From Octopus sinensis (lineage: Eukaryota): DNA of 33,676 nucleotides. The position numbers and the translations under genes were made by a program. The notes beneath the pieces were generated by a model that saw only the letters and a program-made list of their open reading frames with translations, did not search any database and was not told the origin of the DNA. The stretch covers positions 1 to 33,676 of the forward strand of contig NW_021836556.1 in the NCBI RefSeq assembly GCF_006345805.1, in the 5' to 3' direction. Within the stretch, counting starts at the first letter, position 1. The number at the start of each line of letters is the position of its first letter. This document shows, piece by piece, positions 22,991 to 33,676 of the stretch.

Positions 22991-23128
22991 GCGTGACTGT
23001 GTAGTAAGAAACATGCTTTGCAATAATATGGTTCCGCATTCCGTCCCACTGCGTGTCACCTTGAGTAAATTTCTTTCTACTTTAGCATCGGTTCGACCAG
23101 TCTTGTGAGTGGATTTGTAGGCAGAAAA
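22991..23128 (+). mobile_element. SINE family B 5' half, diverged
   Basis: GCGTGACTGTGTAGTAAGAA...ATGGTTCCG...TCCCACTGCGTGTCACCTTGAG...GTGAGTGGATTTG. Confidence 0.7.
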
Positions 23129-23146
23129 AGTATGTCATCTACACAC

Positions 23147-23235
<89 letters not shown>

Positions 23236-23418
23236 TAGCATGCAGGGTGAATTTTGTCGGTGAACAGGTTACGGTCTCAAAGCGACGAAAATATTTTGGC
23301 AAGTTAAATTCAAACTTTGAAATAAATCTAATAGCTTATAAACACCTTCCACGCTGCAATTGTTTTCGTTCCAGCACACGATCTCAGATCAGGTCACTCG
23401 CTATGCAAGTACATCTCC

Positions 23419-23458
<40 letters not shown>

Positions 23459-23459
<1 letters not shown>

Positions 23460-24770
23460 GAGCAGGGGGGTTGATCCAAAGGAGAACTGCGGTCCATAGA
23501 CAGCTTTCAGCGCCTCGTAGAATTTCTTGGTGTCGTGTTTGTCTGCGTATCCCTGAATCTCATCCGCCTTGGCGCTTAACCATGCATCTTGCATGAGGCG
23601 GAGTTTAGCCTGGACTGTGCTGCGAATGTTGTTGAAAGCGGCCTTCTTTGCCGTGCAGGTGGTGTCATTTTGGTGAGCCCGCAGCAGACGCGTTTCTCTT
23701 CCAGGAGCTTTTGGATTCCTGGTCGTTTTCGTCGAACCAGTCTGGTGGTTCCTCGTAATTTGGCCCAGAGTTTCAAGGGCGATGGAATGAACCGTGTCCC
23801 TGAATGATTCCCACTGCTCATCGATGCTGGACTGGTCACTCCGAATGTCCAACAGCTACTGTCCATACGTGACTGGAGATCTTGTGCAGTCAGCTGGTTC
23901 CCTAATTTCGTGATGTTAAGCTTCCTCGTCACTTTCTGACCCTGTGGTCTTCTCTTAGGTCGGATGTAGAAATCCATCCTGGAGATGATGAGGCGATGGT
24001 CCGTCCAGCAGTCAGCTCCGCACATGGCTTTGACCAGTCTCACGTCCCGCCTTCTTTCGCCCTGACGATGACGTAATCTATCAGATGCCAGTGTTTGGAG
24101 CGTGGATGCATCCATGATGTCTTGTTGCGTGTTGGCAGACGGAACAAGGTGTTGGCGATGGTAAGATCATGAGAGCACACGCACGCAGGAGGAGCTGTCC
24201 GTTGCTGTTGCACTTTCCGATTCCTTGCTTTCCCAGTACGCGATGCCAGGCTTGGTGGTCAGTCCCGACACGGGCGTTAAAATCCCCAAGAGGATGAGCT
24301 TCCAGGCTGGGCTGACGTGATGAGGGAGTCGAGTTCCTCATAGAACCTGTCCTTAACTTCTTCAGGGTTGGTCATGTGGGGGCGTAAGCACTGATGATGG
24401 TCGCACTAGTCTTGTTTCCAAGTGGGAGCTGCATCTTCATCAGCCGATCGTTGATACCCTCGGGGGGGCTTTCCAGTTTCCGCACGTGTACTGACTTAAT
24501 GGCAAAACCAACACCAGCCTCACGACGCTCTTCGCTGCTGCGACCACTCCAAAAGAAAGTGTAGCCGCCGCCTGTCTCTGTCAGCTGGCCTTTGTCCGCA
24601 AGGCGGGTCTCGCTCAGTGCTGCAATATCGACACTGTATCGGCTCAGTTCTCTGGCCACCAGGGCAGTTCGTCTCTCTGGTCTGTCCGCTTTGGTGTTGT
24701 CAAGCAGAGTTCTCACGTTCCAAGTTGCGAAAGTGAGCACCTTTGTTTGTTTTCTTCTTTCTTTGTTTCG
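23459..24770 (-). pseudogene. Frameshifted RTE ORF (apurinic-like endonuclease domain)
   Basis: Track ORFs 24372..24917, 24081..24341, 23576..24115 and 23394..23852 are consecutive pieces of one reading frame. Confidence 0.88.
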
Positions 24771-25351
24771 ACCGCTTGGAAAGGATCCCCCCGCCAGCCG
24801 CGGTTTGCTGACCAGGGTGAGGTGAGGCAGGCTATGTTTAGGGCAACCTTTTCTACTAGCCCCGTCCTCATGCTGGGGAGGCGAGCAGAGCGATCCTGAA
24901 GAGGGCTGCTCGGTCACTCAGGAGGCTGCCGGACTCCACTGCTGCCTCAGTTCAGTGAGGGGCGACCACATGTCCTGAGCCGCCTGTGTGTGGGTTCACG
25001 ACTGCAGCTCCTGTATCCTCACCTACTACTTCGCCGTTTCCCCATCGCCACAGGGACTTTGGGATGGTGTCATGGCGTCATGATTCGTGACATGCGCGTG
25101 ACTTGGATTATAGTGAGGGTGACTTGCGCAGGATCAGCCTCACTCTCTCGTCCTGGTGCGCCGGATCCAGTGGCAAGACAAAGTCAAGACGACTGGGGGT
25201 AGACCAAGATGCAGGAGCTGCCGGAAGGTGGCACGCATGGCGCAATCCAACCGCCTTAGGGGCTCCACTCCGGATTTTGGATGGCCATTGACTCATGAGA
25301 GAGTTCCTCTGCCCTTTGACAGGTTTTGTTTTTAGTCCTGCTGGGTGTCCA
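23459..25351 (-). mobile_element. RTE-clade LINE: 5' UTR, APE endonuclease and linker; truncated before the RT domain
   Basis: [72 protein letters not shown]...GSTPLL across several frameshifts. Much more GC-rich than the flanks. Confidence 0.93.
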
Positions 25352-25713
25352 AATATATATATATATATACAGGAAGACAGTCAGATAATCATTAAGAGTA
25401 AAGAATATGGCCACAAAATTTAAGAATGATAAATACATTATCACCATCATCATCGATGTATCTTAAGTCCAGTGTTTTCATATGTAGAAACTCTGTATAT
25501 TTATGTATGTTTCATCTAGATATCTATATTTGTGCATGTGTGTTTAAATATAAAATGCGCATTCATACCGAAAGACGGAGACTTCAGTATGCGTTCATGG
25601 CAGTGTATACATATATAACTATTTGAGCATATAGTCACCAATGAACACCTATATAAAGAGAAAACATGGCATTTTTCAAAATTTTTGTTTACTGAAGTAT
25701 TTTTTTTATCCAG

Positions 25714-25797
25714 AAGCTGGCTTACTTACGAACTCTGCATCCTCTACAAGAGCTATGCTCACGCAGCGCCTTCTTCCTATAGCAAGTAGTCCTAAGA
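25714..25797 (+). other. Candidate 84-nt symmetric (phase 1-1) exon
   Basis: Acceptor TATTTTTTTTATCCAG and donor AGA|GTAAGG; open as xAGLLTNSASSTRAMLTQRLLPIASSPKx. No recognisable homology. Confidence 0.25.
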
Positions 25798-26133
25798 GTA
25801 AGGTAACTCTGCAATGTTCTTCCGGCTAAGCCAACAAAATGCCAACCGGATATACACGTTTCTTGCTGCCCTATCCCACCGGAAGTATTGTTCTTTGAAG
25901 GTCTACTCATATTATTTATGTTATGTGTGTATGCTTGTGTGTGCGTGCGTGTGTGTGTGTATACATATATACATATATAGTGAATATGCGTATACATGTC
26001 TTCGTGCATGTCCACATTACATAATGAACATGTATATGTGTGTGAGTGTGTGTATGTGTTTATGTGTGTGTATCTATCTATCTATATATGTGTGTGTATA
26101 TATATAAATATATATATATATATATCTGTGTGT

Positions 26134-26184
<51 letters not shown>

Positions 26185-26289
26185 ATGAATGCACGTATGC
26201 GGCCATACGCACAAAAAACATTCTTGCACATACATGAGCACATAATCTCTCTATCTTTCTCTTTTTCTTACCCTTTCTCTCCCTCTTTA

Positions 26290-26327
<38 letters not shown>

Positions 26328-27178
26328 GCTTTCTCTCTTCTATAAATACCAAAGTTATTTCCTTTTTACGAAATACGAAACTGGTTTAGATCGGATACCA
26401 GAGAAATATGGTTTATCTCTGAGAGAACAGCCTTACTTTAGGGAAAATATCACACCAAACTGCAAAGGAAAGGTCACCCTTCGATTACATCGTACGTGTT
26501 ATTGTTGTTATTGTTAGTGGTGGCCATTTTATTTATTTATTCATTTTTTTTATTTATTACTTTTTTTATCATTTTGTTTAAAATTTTGTTCAGAAATATT
26601 CTTTTACTTTTATTTCGCTTCAAGTTCGCTAAAGAATCCAAAATAAATTTCTGTCATATAGTTGAAGCTGAATGTATGGATGGTCAGAACTACAATAATT
26701 TTAATAGAAAAAAATTCACCACGTCCTGTATATATTTCGTTAAATGCAACCGGATGTACCAGCTCAACTATCTCTTGGGGAACATTTTGTATTGGCTCCT
26801 GAAGACCCATGAAGTTTGTCATGCAGTCTTGAGATAGATTTTGGTATCGATTGGATTCATTATGGATGTTTATCTTCTCGTCAAATTTTCAATTGCATTT
26901 ATGATACGGGAACCACGCCAAAATTCCGCTACAATAGGTTTACTTTCACCATCAGAGAATTTAATTACGCACTCCAAATTAAGCTTCAAATGTAACAATA
27001 ATCCACTGGTTCCTAGATCGAATTAAGCAGTTTGAGTTTGGAACCAGAATAGCTACATGAGTGTTACTTGTCGTCATCGATTTTTCATCCAGTTTTTACC
27101 TGCGTCATCCAGTTTTCATCTGAAACAGTGTCCATCTGCAGCAAGTTTCTTGACTTGACAATATTCTTTTGAAAGCTG

Positions 27179-27643
27179 AAAGCGGCAAGTTAGCAGAATC
27201 ATTCGCACGCCGAGCAAAATGCATAACGGCATTACGTCCATATGTACGTTCTGTGTTCAAATACCTATTTCTTTATTACCCACAAGGGGCTAAACATAGA
27301 GGGGACAAACAAGGACAGACATAGGATTAAGTCGATTACATCGACCCAGTGCGTAACTGGTACTTAATTATCGACCCCGAAAGGATGAAAGCCAAAGTCG
27401 ACCTCGGCGGAATTTGAACTCACAACGTAGCGGCAGACGAAACACCGCTAAGCATTTCGCCCGGCGTGCTAACGTTTCTGCCAGCTCGCCGCCTTCTGTG
27501 TTCAAATACCGCTGAGGTCGACTTTGCTTTTCATCCTTTCAGGGTCGATAAACTAAATACCAGTTGAGCACTGGAGTCGATGTAATCGCTTAATCCCTTC
27601 CTTCGTAGTTACTAGCCCTATGCCCAATTTTGAAACCAATATT
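27179..27643 (+). mobile_element. Older family A SINE interrupted by a nested young copy
   Basis: Head at 27179-27265 resumes at 27511 (GCTGAGGTCGACTTTGC...). Confidence 0.85.
27266..27493 (-). mobile_element. Young family A SINE with a 17-bp TSD
   Basis: TSD TTCTGTGTTCAAATACC at 27249-27265 and 27494-27510. Confidence 0.92.
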
Positions 27644-27659
27644 AGTCAATGTTTACCTT

Positions 27660-27777
27660 GATGTATAAACAAGAAGGATGATTAGAAATTGAACACTTAC
27701 ATCTTTAGGTCTGCTGGCTAAAAGCTGGCTGGGGTTAAACAAGAATAGCATCATACGACATCATACGCATAATATAT
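27660..27777 (+). repeat. ~118-bp direct repeat, second copy at 31364-31482
   Basis: GATGTATAAACAAGAAGGATGATTA...AGAATAGCATCATACGACATCATACGCATAATATAT in both. Confidence 0.9.
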
Positions 27778-27917
27778 ATATCCACAGATATTAAACAATG
27801 TCAACATTCTTGGATTTAATGGGGTCATTAATAACTTTTATGGATCAACAGCATTAATAACAAGAATCAAAACATGCAAATTCATTTAACAAACACACAC
27901 AGACACAAACGCACACA

Positions 27918-27984
<67 letters not shown>

Positions 27985-28081
27985 TTATCAAAGAAATCGC
28001 TTTGTCTTATTTTATTTATTATATGAATATATATATATATAGGTATATATATGTGTGTGGTGTGTGGTGTGTTATAGTATA

Positions 28082-28141
<60 letters not shown>

Positions 28142-28386
28142 ATGTATATAATACAAAATGGGACAAGAACACAAAGCATTCGGACAGTTAGGTGATACAA
28201 AAGGGGACAACAAAACATCCAGATAGATGATACAAAGAAAACAAGGACGGGTCATTCGAAGCCCTCTATCCTCAGTCAAGCACCAGATTATCCTCGCAAT
28301 TTCGGCTGATTATCATTATTATTATCATCATTATTATTATTTTTATTATTATTATTATTATTTTTATCATTATTATTATTATATTC

Positions 28387-28423
<37 letters not shown>

Positions 28424-28562
28424 TTATTCTTATCATTATTATTATTATTATTATTTAATAATATATATATATATAAAATTAATTAAGGGTAGAAATTGAT
28501 ATTTATCAATTAGACCAGTGGTCTAGCATATAAAAAGAATCCGAAGATTAAAATATTTATAT

Positions 28563-28712
28563 ATACCAATTAGGATCTGAACACGAAAGTGGAAGTCAGA
28601 TCAACTCAGCACAAGTTTGATCTGAGAACATAATCTTTGTGGTGAATGGCGATTTGACGTCTATATCTAGCATGTTGACTGTCCACTTTTCGTGTTCAGT
28701 CCTAATTGGTAT
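28563..28712. repeat. ~36-bp inverted repeat bracketing 150 bp (MITE-like, or an inverted partial duplication)
   Basis: ATACCAATTAGGATCTGAACACGAAAGTGGAAGTCA versus the reverse complement of the right arm, ATACCAATTAGGACTGAACACGAAAAGTGGACAGTCA; TA-rich flanks. Confidence 0.85.
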
Positions 28713-28849
28713 TATATAATAATATATATATATACAAAAGAGAAGCAAGCATATATACATCAAACACTCATCTATGCATAATACGTATATATGTATGTAT
28801 GCATATATGTATGTTTGTACTTATACACACACACACACACACACTCACA

Positions 28850-28908
<59 letters not shown>

Positions 28909-29280
28909 CTCACTTGTAATTTGATGGATAGGTTAATAGGCTGCAAGATTGTCACATTGATAACTTATATATTTGATTTTTTTTTTTTACCTAACTCTCT
29001 TATTATTTATATATATACGTATCGAATGTTGTTCAATATCAGCTACATAATAATATCCCATAATCCCTTACTATTACACACTCATATCCGTTTATTTGTC
29101 AACTGATCAGTCGTTATGTTTGATGGATTGGCTTTTTTCTCAATAGATATTCGATACACTCTCTAATCACTCTTATCTGGCTTTCAAGTCTACTTAGTTT
29201 CAATGTTTGCCGCCACTTATCGACTCTTCCACTTACACAACACACAAAAAACAAATCTGTTTACATACATGCATACATTC

Positions 29281-29320
<40 letters not shown>

Positions 29321-29406
29321 GTATGTATATATACATATATGTGCGTACATGCGTACATGTATAGGTGTGCGTGCGAATACACACACACACACACACACAC
29401 ACATAT

Positions 29407-29822
29407 ACTCTTTTACTCTTTTACTTGTTTCAGTAATTTGACTGCGGCCATGCTGGAGCACCACCTTTTAGTCGAGCAAATCGACCCCGGGACTTATTCT
29501 TTGTAAGCCCAGTACTTATTCTATCGGTCTCTTTTGCTGAACCGCTAAGTGACGGGGACGTAAACACACCAGCGTCGGTTGTCAAGCAATGCTAGGGGGA
29601 CAAACACAGACACACAAACATATACTCACACACTTATATATTATATATATACATATATACGACACGCTTCTTTAAGTGTCCGTCTACCAAATCCACTCAC
29701 AAGGCATTGGTCGGCCCGAGGCTATAGCAGAAGACACTTGCCCAAGATGCCACGCAATGGGACTGAACCCGGAACCATATGATTGGTTAGCAAGCTATTT
29801 ACCACACAGCCACTCCTGCGCT
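29407..29822 (-). mobile_element. SINE family B, full length
   Basis: Head-to-tail reverse-complement match to the other B copies. Confidence 0.88.
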
Positions 29823-29854
29823 TATATATAAACATATATATATATTTATGTATT

Positions 29855-30070
29855 CCTTTTATTCTTGTATTCCTTTATGTTTCATTCATTAGACAGCGGC
29901 CACGCTGGAGCACCGCCTTGAAGAATTCCAATCGAATAAATCCATCCTGGTACTTTTTTTATTTAATTATTTTTTTAAAGTTTAGTACTTATTCTATCGG
30001 TTGCTTTTGCCGAGCATCTAAATTAAGGGTGGGGATAAACAGACCAGCACCGGTTGTCGAGCGGTGGTGG
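29855..30070 (-). mobile_element. SINE family B 3' half, diverged
   Basis: GCGGCCACGCTGGAGCACCGCCTT...AGTACTTATTCTATCGG...TTTTGCCGA. Confidence 0.7.
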
Positions 30071-30199
30071 GAAAACAGGCACAGACTCACCGACACACAG
30101 ACACACAAATACATACGAGCATACGCGCAAGCACACACACACCACACACACATACACTTACACACGTACATGCAATATCTATAGCGTACCAAAACCCAG

Positions 30200-30740
30200 A
30201 AGACCATTTTTGGAGCAGTTGAGGAGGGGTTTCCGCTGCATAGATTGTCTCAAGACTCATGATGGCTTAGGAAACGTTAAATGATACTAATTGGGTGTGC
30301 CTGACACTGTGTCAGATTTTCCCGTGATCTGATCAGCCTGGTGCAGGTTTGACCAGGTATCGAAAGACTTGGCAGCCTCCGAGCAGAAACTTTCGTCATG
30401 CCAAATTCATTGCACAGTATATTCTCAACTCTCTCACAGGATATGCTAACAGCCTTGGCTATTTGAATCGTAGCCAATTACTCGTCATACATCACCGTGT
30501 GGTGAACACGATCAACGTTTTCCTCAGTGGTGGCAGTCGCAGGACGTCTCGCCATCGGGTCATCTTCAAGACTCTGCCTTTCCCTCCTAAATTCAGCTGC
30601 ACACATTTGCACTATCGATAAACTGCAGCGGCATCCATTAATATAAACAACCATGTCAGCATGAATGTTCTTGGCGGGGTGCTAAACCCATTTTTCTTCG
30701 GGTATTTGGTAACACTACAATGCCAAATGTTGTCCACTTT
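30200..30740 (-). pseudogene. Mariner transposase pseudogene (N-terminal half)
   Basis: AAEFRRERQSLEDDPMARRPATATTEENVDRVHH...IAKAVSISCERVENILCNEFGMTKVSARRLP (HTH and WVPxxL linker equivalent), with stops and frameshifts. Confidence 0.85.
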
Positions 30741-31482
30741 CAAGGGAACTCGCTAAAAATTTCGTTGGAAGTCCTCTTTAGACAATCAAATGACAGTCAC
30801 TGTGGAAAAAATAATAAGAGCTGAAATTAATGCATGCAAGACTTCATACATCTAGCATCATTCCTTCTTCAGCCCACTCTCATTTTAATAGACTCTGCTG
30901 AAGAAATTCACAAGCACGTATACATTATCCAAAGGTACATCTGTTCCTTCTGATGTTATCATGCTCATGTATAAATATAAATTCAATGCTTATTGAGTAT
31001 AAATAGAAACGGCTATAAGTGAAGATGACCAATTTGCTGTTAATAATAAACAATTAGTACCTTCCTAGTCTCCATTTTCTTTTATTAATCACGACAAGTG
31101 TTTCACCATATCTAGCATCAATTCCTCGCAGGTGGGGTACTTAACAACTGGTTCAGGAGCATCTGACGGCGCAGATGTCTCTCTTCGGGTGGCAAATAGA
31201 TATAAGAGTTCTGCAGAGTACCTTCTCCTTTCGTGTAACGAAAAGCAACAAAACATAGGATATATCTTCATTTATATAGAAGATTAAAAATAAAATAACA
31301 GATACAAAAAGGAAACGAACACGCAATATAACGAGGAAAGTATATACTTTCTTCGTTAAACAAGATGTATAAACAAGAAGGATGATTACAAGTCGAACAC
31401 TTCTATCCTTAGGTCTGCTTGATAAAAGCTGGCTGGGGGTTAACCAAGAATAGCATCATACGACATCATACGCATAATATAT

Positions 31483-31706
31483 CTCTTTACTCTTTTACTC
31501 TCTTATTTGTTTCAGTCATTTGACTGCGGCCATGCTGGAGCACCGCATTTAGTCGAACAAATCTACCCCATGACGTATTCTTTGTAAGTGTAGTACTTAT
31601 TCCATCGGTCTCTTTTTCCGAACCGCTAAGTTACGGGGACGTAAACACACCAACAACGGTCGTCAAGCGATGGTGGTACAAACACAGACACGCAAACATA
31701 CACACG

Positions 31707-31754
<48 letters not shown>

Positions 31755-31874
31755 ATATATATATATATTATATATATATATACGACAGCTTCTTTTAGTT
31801 TCCGTCTACCAAATCCACTGACAAGGCTTTGGTTGGCCGAGGTTATGAAACATGTGGTTGGTAAGCAAGCTACT
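31483..31874 (-). mobile_element. SINE family B with an internal deletion
   Basis: Tail, 3' block and microsatellite are intact; the head is partly deleted. Confidence 0.85.
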
Positions 31875-32204
31875 AAGAAATCTTTTTTACTCCCACTTAA
31901 TTAGGACTGAGAGATACCAGCTTACTCAAAGTAATCGCACTCAACTTCCACCACTGCCTTAAATGGTTCCTGAACTTGCTGCATGCGTTCCTCAGTATGG
32001 CCCTGGGAAGATCGTTGAACACCTGCTTGATTTTTAACCACCAGCTCGACCTTGCTGTTACAGGTAGGGCGGGCGGTCTCTTTCTCAACCGCACCTCACA
32101 CATAGCAATCCATGGGATTACAACGAGGAAATTAGAAAGCCAAAAATTAAGGTTGGGGAAGGTGGAGAAGTTTTCCGACAACCACATCAGATATTTTTCT
32201 GGTA

Positions 32205-32376
32205 GTAGGAGTGGCTGTGTGGATAGTAGCTTGCTTACCAACCACATGGTTCTTGGTTCAGACCCACTGCGTGGTACCTTTGCTAAGTGTCTTCTACTAT
32301 AGCCTCGGGCCGACCAAAGCCTTGTAAGTGGATTTGGTAGATGGAAACTGAAAGAAGCCCGTCGTATTTATGTATG

Positions 32377-32437
<61 letters not shown>

Positions 32438-32674
32438 TTGTGTGTCTGTGTTTGCCCCCCCCCCCCCAAAAAAAAAAAATCACTTGACAACTGATGCTGG
32501 TGTCTTTAAGTTCCCGTAACTTAGCGGTTCGGCAAAAGAGACCGATAGAATAAGTATTAGGCTTACAAAGAATAAGTTCTGGGGTCGATTTGCTCGACTA
32601 AAGGCGGTGCTCCAGCATGGCCAAAGTCAAGTGACTGAAACAAGTGAAAGAGTAAAGAGAAAGAGTAAAGAGTA
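32205..32674 (+). mobile_element. SINE family B, full length, nested in the transposase
   Basis: Head-to-tail match to the other B copies. Confidence 0.9.
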
Positions 32675-32761
32675 TATCATAGAACCGAATCCTGCTGGCA
32701 TACATATGATCTTCAAACAGTAGTTCTCTACAGCCAGGGCTTGACCACAGTCTCCAACACC

Positions 32762-33330
32762 TTTACGGCAGCGAGTTATGGCCAATGAGGGTGGAAGATA
32801 TTAAGCAACTAGAATCCTTCGATCACTTCTGTCTACGCCGCATCCTTCGTGTCCGATGGCATCACTTTGTCTCCAACAATTCGGTGCGACACCAGTACAG
32901 AATCACCTCCCTCCGACAAGTAATCCTAACGAGACGTCTGCGTTGGCTGGGTCATGTCCTCCGTCGTCAACCAGGAGAATTCATCTACGAAGCAATTACC
33001 CCAGCTCCACTTTTGGGTTGGCGAAAGCGATGTGGTGGACAACGAAAAACCTGGCTGGTGACAGTCAAGGCTGATCTGGAACCCAACCTAGGCCCCCATA
33101 TCTACGGCGTTCGCCGCTGGAATAAGGAGTGGTTGGAGATCATGCGGTCGTTAGCCTCAAATCGCCAAGCCTGGTCGGCGTTTGAAAGAGATGCAGCATT
33201 GGGGTTAATGAAGCCAGCTCAATCCACCCCGGGGGAATGCTGTAAGAAGAAGAAGAAGAAGAGAAGAAGAAGAAGAAGAAGAAGAAAGAAGAAGAAGAAG
33301 AAGAAGAAGTAGAAGAAGAAGAAGAAGAAG
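32762..33330 (+). mobile_element. 5'-truncated RTE-clade LINE (post-RT C-terminus) with an (AAG)n tail and a 6-bp TSD
   Basis: LYGSELWPMRVED..FDHFCLRRIL..RRLRWLGHVLR..GGQRKTW..A.NRQAW; tail 33244-33330; AACACC at 32756-32761 and 33331-33336. Confidence 0.9.
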
Positions 33331-33676
33331 AACACCGTCACATAAACGTCTCAGTTGAGCCTAAGGTCCTTTTCAATGATGTGGAGGGATATAAATCACC
33401 CTCACTGGAGCCGTGGGGCAGCACATAGGTTCGAGGGAAGGCACTTATTGTTGTGAGTGTTGTGTATTTGGTACTGAGTGAAGTTCTTTTCATCTGAAAA
33501 GAATCAGATCCTCCCCGGTTTGATAGGCTGTTTCAGCTTGCTCGGGAGCTTCTTTGCCTTGGTCAAGCGGTCTTGGCTGTCAAAATTTGTTCCTTGCACA
33601 TCTTGTACAAGTGGTAGCGATTGTCCCCATTCGGGACCAGCTTCATGATGTTCATTCCAACAGCCATCTCTCTCGC

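Larger units (their letters stand above)
31922..33676 (-). pseudogene. Tc1/mariner-superfamily transposase pseudogene, DD37D/maT-like, in three pieces (33331-33676, 32675-32761, 31922-32200)
   Basis: *FFSDEKNF ... SSEGD ... YVTVLETVVKPWL ... YVCQQDS ... WLSENF...NFW...CNPMDCYV*GAVE ... AVVEVECDYFE*. The third catalytic residue is D, about 37 residues after QQD. Confidence 0.8.

Noticed and set aside
26610-27160. Minus-strand coding remnant (ORF 26610..26822; VKKLAADGHCF OTU-like motif)
   Set aside because: A single short motif followed by stops; no recognisable domain.
28240-28295. Second hammerhead (CTGAGGA...GAAT on the minus strand)
   Set aside because: No GAAA core in register and no convincing stems.
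29019-31272. Additional weak foldbacks (29019-29157, 31019-31272; also 26690-26905, 22098-22256, 7264-7338)
   Set aside because: The pairing is patchy and cannot be told from chance by eye; it needs shuffle-based folding tests.

Overview
AT-rich, microsatellite-saturated eukaryotic DNA with no intact host protein-coding gene; almost every ORF in the track is a microsatellite artefact. The repeat content looks like an Octopus (coleoid cephalopod) intron or intergenic region. That attribution is from recognition of the repeats, not a database search. Supported elements: about 25 tRNA-derived SINE copies in four families (A-D), two RTE-clade LINE fragments, an R4/Dong-type endonuclease remnant, three mariner-derived relics, and a DD37D/maT-like transposase pseudogene interrupted by a SINE and a LINE. 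Two signals are not explained by ordinary repeat decay. (1) The non-repetitive spacers carry several imperfect, nearly ungapped hairpins whose mismatches favour the + strand RNA (G:U and pyrimidine:pyrimidine). They include a 288-nt foldback at 22684-22971 with a diverged paralogue at 838-1032, and pre-miRNA-sized stems at 848-928, 4038-4109 and 5644-5718. Together they suggest a possible hairpin-RNA or miRNA cluster. (2) SINE family A copies wrap from their 3' tail back into their own body with a 184-bp period. All alignments and pairings were done by eye and need computational confirmation.
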